A stretch of DNA of 64,000 nt, from positions 92,380,001 to 92,444,000 of the forward strand of contig NC_043003.1 of the NCBI RefSeq assembly GCF_006345805.1, written 5' to 3'. The position numbers and the translations under genes are program-made. The notes under the pieces were generated by a model that searched no databases, was not told the origin of the DNA, and saw only the letters and a program-made list of their open reading frames with translations. This document shows positions 11,483 through 22,930 of the stretch, piece after piece (position 1 is the first letter of the stretch; the number at the start of each line of letters is the position of its first letter). The stretch comes from Octopus sinensis. Taxonomy: Eukaryota.

Positions 11483-13725
11483 ATATCATAGCATGAGGCA
11501 GTGACTCCAATTTGGTCATAAAGCAAGAAAGTATATATAGGAGATTGTTAATGATAAATTTATGATTAAATGATATTCTATGATGGTGATTATGATGATG
11601 ATGATGAGTAACTAAGTTGAGACTGACCACAGAAGATACGCAGCAAGATAAGGAGATAACCAAAACGAACTAGATCTTAGAGAACAATTAGGAAAGTCAG
11701 TGACAAAGTGAAAGAGGGAGAGAGTGAGTGTGTCAAGACTTGATCTATGAGGTGCCAAAATAAACAAGATGCATTAAGATGACATTTCATTAATTATATA
11801 AGGAATCTAAAATTCCATGCAGGATAATTAAAAGGTTTTAGAGATAAAAATATCCATCAGCTGTTTGTTTCAACTATTATCATAACGAAGACAGTCACAA
11901 GTTAATTAAACTAACTTGCTTCTTGTTCCATGTCCAAAGCTAAGGCACTCATTTTGCATCCATTCTCTCTACTGAGATGTAAATAAGTACTATGAGGAAG
12001 TAGTTTGAAGCAAATATAATGATGAGCTTTTCTAACTTCAGCTGCTTATTATTAGCACAGCTGCACTTCCAAAGACTGTGTCTTTGGATTCACTTGTACA
12101 TTTCTGGCAATATTGTCTGCCTATTCACATTTAAGGATTCCTTTAATTAAATTTAGGCTAGATGAAGTGATATCATTACCATCAACATTTATTTATTTCT
12201 TTATTGCCCACAGGGGGCTAAACATAGAGAGGACAAACAAGGGGATTAAGTCGATTATATTGACCTGAGTGATTTACTGGTACTTATTTAATTGACCCCG
12301 AAAGGATGAAAGGCAAAGTCGACCTCGGCAGAATTTGAACTCAGAATGTAGCGGTAGACGAAATACCGCTAGGCATTTCGCCCAGCGTGCTAATGTTTCT
12401 GCCAGCCCACTGCCAACATTATTAAACATCCACATTCCATGCTAGCATGGGGTGAACAGTTTGACAGAATCCAATGAATCACAGGACTGCATTGTGCTCC
12501 AATGTCGGCTTTGACATGGTTTCTACAGCTTGATGCCCTTCCTAATGCTATTCACTTAACAATGTGTACTGGGAGCTTCTTTTCATGCCACCTACACAAT
12601 TGCAGTTGCCATGCAGCTTGCAGGACAACGAACCCTAGAAGAGGTGTGTGTGTGTGGGGGGGGTCAGCTTCATGCAAGGGGATGAGGGGTTAAACTGTGT
12701 GAAAAGGAGGTGGGAGAAGAGCAGCTTCTTGGAGAGGATCTGCATGGCTACTCACATTTAGTAGGAGAAAGGGAGCAAGAGAAAGGGGAAATGGTGAGTA
12801 GGAACTGCAAATGTTTTTTTTTTTAATGACACAACATAAAAGAAATATAACATGAGAGAATGTTCCACTGTCGCAACTGACCAGTGCATGTGGTTGTTCT
12901 AAGCTTAAATTCCTTAAACAAAACCTGAGATAAACTAACATCAGCTGGAAGAAGAGAGAGTCAGTCTCTCAAAGGTTGGCCAACAGGAAAACTTGGATAA
13001 GCTCCAGTGTACCACAATACTTATTACAGCATCAGCAATAGATGGATGAAAAATATTTTTAATAATAATTACTTCCAAGCGTTTTCAAAAGCGGTTTTCT
13101 TAGAAAGTAGAATCTTCTGGAAATGTATCTCATTTCAATACCATTCTATAACGGTAACAACAACAAACACAACCTACAATACAACATATTTAATAAATAC
13201 TATCATAGAAAGATAATGATGATGATGATTACAATGTTTCTAATCTGTTAGTTCATTCATGTTCATCAGTAATATAGAATATTATCTAGGGAAAGCTTGT
13301 ATTTTGTTTTATATAACTGTGTTATAGTAACCCACTTTAGTGCGCATTACCCAGCGTTATAAAAACAAAACATGATAACACATTTTTTTCTCTCAATAGA
13401 TAATAACCTACATTACTGATGAACAAAGTTCATATAGTGAATTAGATAGAAATTGTAATTATGCTGATCAGGTTTTCCTTTGCTGATATTGGTTAGATAC
13501 AACTCCTTGTAAATGGATTTCTGCAATAGTTTAAATTTCCCATCACATTCAGGGGTGGTGGGGATACTTCACTGATGTCACTAATGGTTACTTAAACAAA
13601 GCCTGAATATTAGATATTTTGACACAAGTTAGAGAAGGAATAGTCAGTGCTCTTAACATTTTCAGGCTTTCCCAGGCTCTTGAGACCGATATGGTTGATG
13701 CCTGGCTTGAGCATCCCCAAATTAA

Positions 13726-13926
13726 CCCTTTATCACTCAGATTACTGTCAAATGTATTATTTATTCACATTCATGCATTATCTTGTAGCTTCAATATTTT
13801 GATGATGATGTGACTATTTTTAACAATGACATTGTGGGATAGGTATGAGAGACCAGACCTGGCCAGTTTGAACATAAAACAAGTAGAACACCTGGGTTTG
13901 ATATGGTCAGTTTAAATACTAAAGGG
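13726..13926. mobile_element. piggyBac-type MITE
   Basis: TTAA|CCCTT ... AAGGG|TTAA ends. Confidence 0.75.
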
Positions 13927-14293
13927 TTAATGTGAATAGGGGAGGCACATGGCCTAGTGGTTAGAGCAGCGGACTCGCAGTCGAGGGATTGCAGGTTTGA
14001 ATCTCAGACTGGGCATTGTGTGTTTATGAGTGAAACACCTAAGCTCCATGTAGCTCCGGCAGAAGGTAATGGTGAACTTCTGCTGACCCTTTTGCCACAA
14101 CTTTCTCTCACTCTTTCCTCCTGCATCTTGCGGCTCACCTGCAATGGACCAGTGTCCCATCCAGGTGGGAAACCAATACGCCAAGGAAACCGGCCCTTAT
14201 GAGCCAGGCATGGTTCAAGAAGGAACAAACAACATGAATAGGGAGAAAGCAAAGGTCGGGTTCAAATGCTTGCACAGAATAAAATCAGCTTAA

Positions 14294-14510
14294 CCCTTAA
14301 ACATTCAGAATACTCTATCAAATGTAATGCTTATTCACATTGTTTTGAATTATTCATGCATTCTCTCAAAGCTTTAAGATTTCAATGATGTGAGTGTTTA
14401 TTTTTAGACTGACATTGTAGGGTAGGTGTGAAAGACTGGATCTAGTCAGGTTGAGCATAAAACAAGTAGAATATTTGGAACCGGATATGGCCAGTTTAAG
14501 TGCTAAAGGG
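14294..14510. mobile_element. piggyBac-type MITE, same family as 13726-13926
   Basis: TTAA|CCCTT ... AAGGG|TTAA ends; internal similarity to the first copy. Confidence 0.75.
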
Positions 14511-15240
14511 TTAAATCTCTTAAAGACCAGTTGGTATTGTGTGAAACTAGGTGATTACCTTCTCTAAGAAATTAATTAACTTCATAGCTAGCTAATGACA
14601 AATAAATATATATAAATAAAGTTTAAAATTCCTACCACAATTGTATCAAGGAAAGAAATACCAGGTTATTTTATGTTAATTACAATGAAACAAACAGCCA
14701 CCATGACCATCACTTGAAATTTTGCAGTAAAATAAATTGAGCACAGTCCAGCTGGGACGAATATCAGTTCTGATGTAATTGATTCAACAGAGATTGTTTA
14801 TTAGTAGTGAGTGGAGGATTTACCTATGGCATTACAGCATATTAATATTGAACTGTATGAATAAGAGTGCAACTTGGCAACTGCTGCTGGAATCTCCAAC
14901 TGTACAACATAAACAAGCATTGTGTTTCATGTTGTTCTTTACTGCCACATTGGGCCTGGTTGAACAAACGTTGGAGCTGTGACTATCTCATTCTTTTTTT
15001 TTTTCCATTAAGCATGTTATATTTCAGCTTTCACTATCCAAAGTGTTCTTCTGTTTTCTAAAAGACAATAGGGTACAATTTGAGGTAGATTTCACTGTCA
15101 TTTCCAGCAGACCAAACTATTACAGAGTCACTGTAAAGCTCTATATTCAATGTTTAGATGGAGCAAGTTGTATGATAGCATTACAGTTCAAAGATTAATA
15201 TTGTAAACTCAATACTGCCACGGTAAGTAGTAATCATCAT

Positions 15241-16719
15241 CATGCAAGCATGGTAAAAAGGGACATTAAATGAGGATGGTATATATCATTAGCTCTTTTA
15301 TAATTAATTTTCCCTTGCTAGCATGGGGTACACGAAAAGGATTTTATAGATGGATGCTGTTCCAGCCTTCTATCTTTACTTGTTTTTCAAGTAAAGAATT
15401 TAACATCCACTTTCCATGCTAGCATGGGTTGGACGGTTTGACCGGAGTCTGGGAAGCCAGGAGGCTGCACCAAGCTCCAGTCTGATCTGGCAATGTTTCT
15501 ACAGCTGGATGCCCTTCCTAATGCCAACCACTCCGTGAGTGTAGTGGGTGCTTTTTACGTGCCAGGCAAGGCTGGCAACGGCCACGATCGGTTGGTGCTT
15601 TTTACGTGCCACTGGCACAGAGGCCAATATATATATATATATAATGAAGGCAGCTATATGCAATATAAAGACAAAAAGGAAAAATTCAATTGTCACTAAT
15701 TGAGACTGAGGGTGCAGGGTAGCATGTGGATCTAAGTGTTTTTTAACTCTTATTTCTAGCAATGTAGGTGCTACACTGTACCCTCAGTCACAATAAGTGA
15801 CAACTGAATAATATATCTGTATATCTATTTATACAAGCGCATTTGCGACAGGAAGGGCATCCAACATTAGGGAATATGCCTCAACAAATTCTATATGAAC
15901 CATGCAAGCATGGTAAAAAGGGACATTAATGAGGATGGTATATATCATTAGCTCTTTTATAATTAATTTTCCTTGCTAGCATGGGGTACACGAAAAGGAT
16001 TTTATAGATGGATGCTGTTCCAGCCTTCTATCTTTACTTGTTTTTCAAGTAAAGAATTTAACATCCACTTTCCATGCTAGCATGGGTTGGACGGTTTGAC
16101 CGGAGTCTGGGAAGCCAGGAGGCTGCACCAAGCTCCAGTCTGATCTGGCAATGTTTCTACAGCTGGATGCCCTTCCTAATGCCAACCACTCCGTGAGTGT
16201 AGTGGGTGCTTTTTACGTGCCAGGCAAGGCTGGCAACGGCCACGATCGGTTGGTGCTTTTTACGTGCCACTGGCACAGAGGCCAATATATATATATATAT
16301 AATGAAGGCAGCTATATGCAATATAAAGACAAAAAGGAAAAATTCAATTGTCACTAATTGAGACTGAGGGTGCAGGGTAGCATGTGGATCTAAGTGTTTT
16401 TTAACTCTTATTTCTAGCAATGTAGGTGCTACACTGTACCCTCAGTCACAATAAGTGACAACTGAATAATATATCTGTATATCTATTTATACAAGCGCAT
16501 TTGCGACAGGAAGGGCATCCAACATTAGGGAATATGCCTCAACAAATTCTATATGAACCATGCAAGCATGGTAAAAAGGGACATTAAATGAGGATGGTAT
16601 ATATCATTAGCTCTTTTATAATTAATTTTCCCTTGCTAGCATGGGGTACACGAAAAGGATTTTATAGATGGATGCTATTCCAGCCTTCTATCTTTACTTG
16701 TTTTTCAAGTAAAGAATTT
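15241..16719. repeat. Near-identical tandem duplication, unit 658-660 bp, about 2.25 copies
   Basis: Unit starts catgcaagcatggtaaaaagggacatt at 15241, 15901 and 16559; contains an RTE-tailed element copy and a small palindromic MITE; duplicated ORFs in the ORF track are offset by 658. Confidence 0.95.
15688..15802. mobile_element. Small palindromic MITE-like element (duplicated at about 16346-16460)
   Basis: About 35 bp imperfect inverted arms ttgtcactaattgagactgagggtgcagggtagca / tgctacactgtaccctcagtcacaataagtgacaa. Confidence 0.6.
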
Positions 16720-17769
16720 TTTTATTCTACATGTCTTCAAAATTGCAGGGTGACCAGTCATAATGAATTCAAGGAATATAAAAGCCCATTCACTATTGTG
16801 TTCAAGAAAAGCCATGAAATTTCAACATTCATGCACATTTGCACACTCACAACCACACATGCATGCACACACACACACACACACACATAACACTACTGTA
16901 GATCCATGCAATGGGACTACCATGCAGTGGGACTGAAACTAAAACTACATGGTTGCAAAGTGAGTTTCTTAACCACACAACTATATGTCTGCATGTGTAT
17001 ATGTGCATGCTCACGTGTGAGTGTGTTTCACATGCTTGCATACTTTGAGTGTGTGCATGTGTGTACACATAGAAAGAGAGAGAGAGAGATGTGGAAGAGG
17101 AGAGATAGAGAGAGAGAACAATAAATAGAAAATTATTCAAATTTAGATATATTCCAGGTAGAAGCCCTGACAGAGATCTCGTTTATTTTGTCCAACTAAA
17201 CCTCTCATTTTAGTCGACAGGAATTATGTGTGTTAAAAACTGCATTTTTTTTAAATGTATGGGATTTGTCAGTCCCACGTTCTCACCTGGAAACTAACAC
17301 TTCAGTCTTTGTAGACTTTCTAATTGTAATTAATTTTTGCAGGATTGAAAAAAAAAAAAAATTAAGATACCGTTTCAGTTAATCCAAGCTAAGGTAATTC
17401 ATGTTGACATTTGAGATGGTGTAGATATCATTGTTGCATGTTTTTGTTTTGGGTAAGGATGGTGTTAATTAACCTTAATAATAATTTTTTCTACAACAGG
17501 AAGAAGGCCTGAAATTTTGGTAGTGGGAGCTAGTCAATTACATTGACCCAGTACTTGAATGGTAATTATTTCAGCGACACCGAGAGGATGAAACACAAAG
17601 TCAACCTGAGTAGAATTTTAGCTCAGAACATAAAGACAGGCCAAGCATTTTGTCTGGTGCGCTGACAATTCTGCCAGCTTACTACCAAAATAATGATGTC
17701 TTTTATTTTTATTACCATGTTCTGGTGGTTGGACATGTGTACATTTCAATTTTTCCTATGTTCCTTCTC

Positions 17770-18060
17770 TGTTCTATTCTCATGCCACCAGCACAGGTAC
17801 TGGCACCTGTGCTGGTGCCATGAGTAAAAAAGATTCGAGCGAGGTCATTGCCAGTACCACCTGACTGGCCCCCGTGCCAGTGGCACGTAAAAAACACCCA
17901 CTACACTCTCAGAGTGGTTGGCATTAGGAAGGGCATCCAGCTGTAGAAACTCTGCCAAATCAAGATTGAAGCCTGGTGCAGCTATCTGGTTCACCAGCCC
18001 TCAGTCAAAATCGTCCAACCCATGCTAGCATGGAAAGCGGACGTTAAACGATGATGATGA
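17770..18060 (+). mobile_element. Same RTE-tailed family
   Basis: Shared core and identical (ATG)n tail ending at 18060. Confidence 0.8.
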
Positions 18061-18061
18061 T

Positions 18062-18430
18062 CATCATCATCCAGTGATTTAAATTCAGGTTTTGTCACTG
18101 CAAACAGGGGTGGCTGGATCTACCTTAATGCCATAGCAACTGCCCTTACACCATCTCGCCTGGTTTTGGGTGTCTTCCTTTTTCAAACCAACCCTCCCAA
18201 TCCTCCTCCGCCACCTGTCCCTTCCACCTTTTCTTCAGTCTACCTCGTTTTCATGCTCTATTTACCTCAAATGCAATCTTCCTCCTCAGACATCCATTCT
18301 CAACACATTCTCATACCACCTCATTCCATTGTCTTTGCCAATGATTCCTCCAACCTCAGCATCCCCATCAAATCCTCAGTCCTCCTCTTATCAAACAGCT
18401 TCACCCTACACATTCTTCTCACCTATTTTT
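18062..18430 (-). mobile_element. RTE-clade LINE 3' end (decayed ORF C-terminus + 3' UTR + (GAT)n tail)
   Basis: Minus translation RRMCRVKLFDKRRTEDL...MRWYENVLRMD...KRGRLKKRW resembles the RTE C-terminal RLRWYGHV.R / RGRP.KRW pattern; ends in ctggatgatgatg. Confidence 0.75.
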
Positions 18431-18557
18431 TGAAAGATGAGTGAATACTTAAAATGTTAAAAGATATTTCCTTCTTTTTACTCCACTTCCTGAGCATCAG
18501 GCTAATATCAACATCTTTTACCTCATCTTTGTGTTGTTCTTTTTGTAACCTTTGCAC

Positions 18558-18559
<2 letters not shown>

Positions 18560-18638
<79 letters not shown>
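18560..18638. repeat. (AG)n microsatellite
   Basis: Direct reading. Confidence 0.97.
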
Positions 18639-18642
<4 letters not shown>

Positions 18643-19312
18643 TAGTAAAACTTAAAACAACAAATATCCTTCAATGCTGATATCATGAATATGAAATTCC
18701 TCTTAGCAGTTCCCACCTCCCAACTTATTTTTCAATTATATTTTTCTTGGAATTTTATTCTCAATTCCATCCCTACTGAAGCAGACTTTGTCTTTCATCT
18801 TTCTGAGATACAATAAATTTCATCAAAATTCACAGCTCAAAGACATAACCCCTTCCCTATACAATTCCTGGTCATTGACCAGCCTCACATTTTCCACTAC
18901 CTTCCTCCCAGCCCCATTAATTGGTGTTTCTCAACCACCCGCTTAGTAGCCCCTTTTAATGGAAGAAGCAAACCGGATATTTGCTAGAGGGTAAGGTGTC
19001 TTGTTACAAGACCAAATCACTTTATTCTCAATAAAATAAGAACCAGTTATAGTACACATTTATGGAGAAATTCTTTTATAATTCCTAAGTAGTTTGGTTT
19101 CATTGGTGCTTTGCTTCTCCACTGGAAAAGAAAAAAAAAAACCCAGAGAATCAAAGAGCTGACCTTTGACCTAAAAACAAATCAGTAGGATGCCACTCAA
19201 ATATACACACATTAGGGATATTAAAACCACTTGTGGAATCAGAAACCTTACATTTTCACTGGTCTCTTCCCAGCCCCTCCCTCAACACAAGTACATAGAC
19301 TTTAACCCTTTT

Positions 19313-19515
19313 GTTACCAACCCGGCTCTTGCTCTGTAGTACAAATATCTTGTTTTCATAGGTTTTGAATTAAAATCTTCCACCAAACCTTAGTCACAAT
19401 TAATGTTCCTAACACTAGCTTACTGATAACTAAGTTATTTTACTAAATTCTTTGTTATATTTAAAATAATTGAAAGAAACACAGAGCATCTCAAAATAAA
19501 TACAGTAACAGAAAG
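19313..19515. mobile_element. piggyBac-type MITE (different family, decayed right end)
   Basis: ttaaccctttttgttacc left end and agtaacagaaagtt right end. Confidence 0.45.
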
Positions 19516-20304
19516 TTCTTCTGGTAGTGAGTGGTACCACCTCCTGAAGACAGAGAAAAATTTTATAGCAGTAGTGGGGACCAAGGAGTGGATATGGGGA
19601 GCAGTCTTTTATCTTTTACTTGGTTCAGTCGTTAGACTGTGGCCATGCTGGGGCATCACATTGAAGAATTTGTAATCAAATGTATCAATCCCAGTACTTA
19701 TTATTTTTTTTAAGGCCTGATACTTATGCTATAAGTCTCCTTTGCTGAACCACTAAGTTACAGGGATGTTAACACACCAATACCAGTTATTAAGCAGTGG
19801 TGGAGGACAAACACACACACACACAGGGATTCTTAAAGTTTCCATCTGCTAAATCCACACACAAGGCTTTGGTTAGCCCAAGGTTATAGTAAACACTTGC
19901 TCAAGGTACCATGAATTGGGACTGAACCCAGAACTATATGTTTGGGAAGCAAGCTTCTAACCACACATCCACGCTTCCACAGCATTTTTTTATTTTTATT
20001 TCCAACCAAAATATTAACTTGAAAAAGGAATTTTAATCTAACACTATGATAAACTGTATGTTAGCTACTATCTAAACAACAACAGCAATAACAATAATAA
20101 CAATAAAAACATTAGACTTTGAAATGTGGGGAAGTAAATAAGCAAACCCCAAATAGATATCATTTATATATGGAAATTATAAACAAACAAAACCATGATT
20201 TAAACGACCTTGTCGAAATTTGCTTTTTCCATGCATGCAATAAAGCTGGCCACTAGATCTGTATTGTAAAGTAAAAACCTGATTTTTGTATGAGCATTTG
20301 TACT

Positions 20305-20354
20305 TTTATATACACATTATATATATATATATATATACACACATATATACATAC

Positions 20355-20388
<34 letters not shown>

Positions 20389-20470
20389 CATATATACACA
20401 CATATATACATATATATATAATATATATATATATACACACATATATACATATATATATACATATACACAC

Positions 20471-20515
<45 letters not shown>

Positions 20516-20550
20516 TACACACATATATACATATATATATATATATACAC

Positions 20551-20581
<31 letters not shown>

Positions 20582-20650
20582 ATATATATACATATATACA
20601 CACATATATACATACATTATATATATATATATATATACATACATACATAC
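20305..20650. repeat. Compound (TA)n/(TACA)n microsatellite
   Basis: Direct reading. Similar arrays at 31190-31478, 32700-32820, 33020-33115, 46565-46704, 51830-52075, 55010-55280, 56430-56760. Confidence 0.97.
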
Positions 20651-21220
20651 ACAGTATTCTTTTGTATTTTTCAGTCATTTGAATACGGTCATGCTAGAGC
20701 ACCACCTTTAGTTGAACAAATCGACCCCAGGACATTCTTTGTAAGCCTAGTACTTATTCTATTGGTCTCTTTTGCTGAACTGCTAAGTTACGGGGACATA
20801 AACACACCAGCATCGGTTGTCAAGCGATGGTGAGGGGACAAACAGACACACACATATATATATATATATATACGACAGTCTTCTTTCAGTTTCTGTCTAA
20901 ATCTACTCACAAGGCCATGTAGTGGGACTGAACCCAGAACTGTGTGGTTGGTTAGCAAACTACTTACACTACTTGCGATCGTGAGTGCAATACCCTAACC
21001 ACCTGGACACACGCCTTCATATGTTGATTACGATTCTGCAACACGCTTTTAGGTCAAAATTTCAATGTTTCCAAGGTAACAATGCCAATGTTAATTTTCG
21101 TTCGTTAATTTTCCACTTTCAATTTGAGATTATAAATAGAGGATTGCCTTTCATTTTACTCTTACGAAAGATGCTTTCTGATAGGTATTGGCAACCACCT
21201 CTACTACCCCCACGATTCTG

Positions 21221-22023
21221 GGATCTTTTCCTTTTGAACGGCACTTTGTAACATAATTTCTAGGTAACTAAAAAGTTTTAAACTTCGTATACTAGTAGAA
21301 TGTGTTTATAAAACATCATTTTCTCTTGGCTTTATTGACAAAATTCTATAGTTTGTAAGATATTTCGTCTGAAATTACTTGCATTTCGGCAATTTTAACC
21401 AATCGCTAGCGTCCATTTAGGTAAATAACATTCTGTGCATAATGAATATGTTCCTCCTTTAAGAAACAGATTGGGTTTATTTACATTTATGAAGAAAAAA
21501 AGATACCCTTCCCCAACCCCTAACTAACCCTAAAACTAAAATAGACTGAAATGCAATAGAACGATACTAGGGCCATAATTATGGGTGACATTTTCATTTG
21601 ACACTGCTAGAAAAAAATCCCATTTTCTGTAGCGGTGTCGAATGAAATTGTCACCTATAATTATAACCCTAGTATCGATCTATTGCATTTCAATCTATTT
21701 TAGATTTAGGGTTAGTTAGGGTTAGGGGTGGGGGAAGGGTATCTTTTTTCTTCACAAATGTAAATAAACCCAATCTGTTTCTTAAAGGAGGGACATATTC
21801 ATACGGTACAGAATGTTATTTACCTAAATGGACGCTAGTGATTGGTTAAAATTGCCGAAATGCAAGTAATTTCAGACGAAATATCTTACAAACTATAGAA
21901 TTTTCTCAATAAAGCCAAGAGAAAAAGATGTTTTATAAACACATTCTACCAATATACGAAGTTTAAAACTTTTTAGTTATCTAGAAATTATGTTACAAAG
22001 TGCCGTTCAAAAGGAAAAGATCC
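21221..22023. mobile_element. Palindromic dimer of the TTAGGG-bearing MITE
   Basis: Two about 400 bp copies fused tail-to-tail near 21620; outer TIRs ggatcttttccttttgaacggcac...; 8 bp TSD cgattctg at 21213-21220 and 22024-22031. Confidence 0.9.
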
Positions 22024-22430
22024 CGATTCTGTATTGATTCACTCATTTCACATCCACATGTAATCAAATGTTCGATTGGAAAACAACAATCCGATTATCT
22101 TTTTAAAAATATCTATTGCAGGGTCAATGTCCGTAATTTTCAAATATATCCTCAGGAAATTATTATTTGAAATGACAGTCATTTAATGACAGTCTATATT
22201 TAGTCATGTCAACACAAAGCCAATGAAAAAAATGACATGCAATGTGGAGGAGTAATAACAAAGAAGCAACTTATCTCGCTGTGGCTGCTTTAGCTGGACT
22301 AGTACTTACGTAAGAAAACGCCACTACAATTATTGTTATTGTTGCTTTATTTAGCAACAAGTTAGCCTGGAGTCCTGAATGAAGGGGGTCTCTCCCCCAT
22401 CTCTGACTACATTATCCAATGTGTCCATCA

Positions 22431-22831
22431 GATCTTTTCAGTTTGAACGGCAGTTTCTTCTAGCGGTGTCGTATGAAATTGTCACCCATAATTATGACCC
22501 TAGTATCGATCTATTGCATTTCAATCTATTTTAGGGTTAGGGTTAGGGGTGGGGAAGGGTATCCTTTTTTTCTTCACAAATGTAAATAAACCCAATATGT
22601 TTCTTAAACGAGGGACATATTCATACGGCACAGAATGTTGTTTACCTCAATGGACGTCATTGATTGGTTGAAATTACAGAAAAAATAACAAATATCTTAC
22701 AAACTATAGAATTTTCTCAATAAAACCAAAAGAAAATGTTTTATAAACACATTCTACCAATATACAAAGTTTAAAACTTTTTAGTTACCTAGAAATTATG
22801 TTACAAAGTGCCGTTCAAAAGGAAAAGATCC
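22431..22831 (-). mobile_element. TTAGGG-bearing MITE, full copy
   Basis: About 27 bp TIRs gatcttttcagtttgaacggcagttt / tgccgttcaaaaggaaaagatcc; internal (TTAGGG)n. Confidence 0.88.
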
Positions 22832-22869
22832 TAAATTTTTTAAACAAAGTAAATAAAACAAAAACGCAA

Positions 22870-22930
22870 AGTAAGTCATGACTAGCTAGCGCGGATGCGC
22901 GATTATGCGAGTGCGCGCACCGGGACCACT
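22870..22930. promoter_or_regulatory. CpG-dense promoter-like element
   Basis: gcgcggatgcgcgattatgcgagtgcgcgcaccgg; minus strand GCGCATCCGCG is one mismatch from the NRF-1 core GCGCATGCGC; lies about 2 kb from the CpG boundary. Confidence 0.3.

Noticed and set aside
13942-14020. tRNA-like sequences as real tRNA genes (also 3757-3825, 48352-48425, 60663-60735)
   Set aside because: They continue into shared SINE or pLTR bodies, lack a proper acceptor stem and are multi-copy heads.
20253-20678. Long ORFs rich in Y/I/C/V/M/H/T (also at 31128-31508, 38033-38607, 46435-46791, 51824-52248, 53452-54144, 54729-55296, 60766-61260, 63627-63998)
   Set aside because: Translations of (TA)n, (CA)n, (ATAC)n and (GATA)n microsatellites; the 210 aa ORF also spans an N gap.
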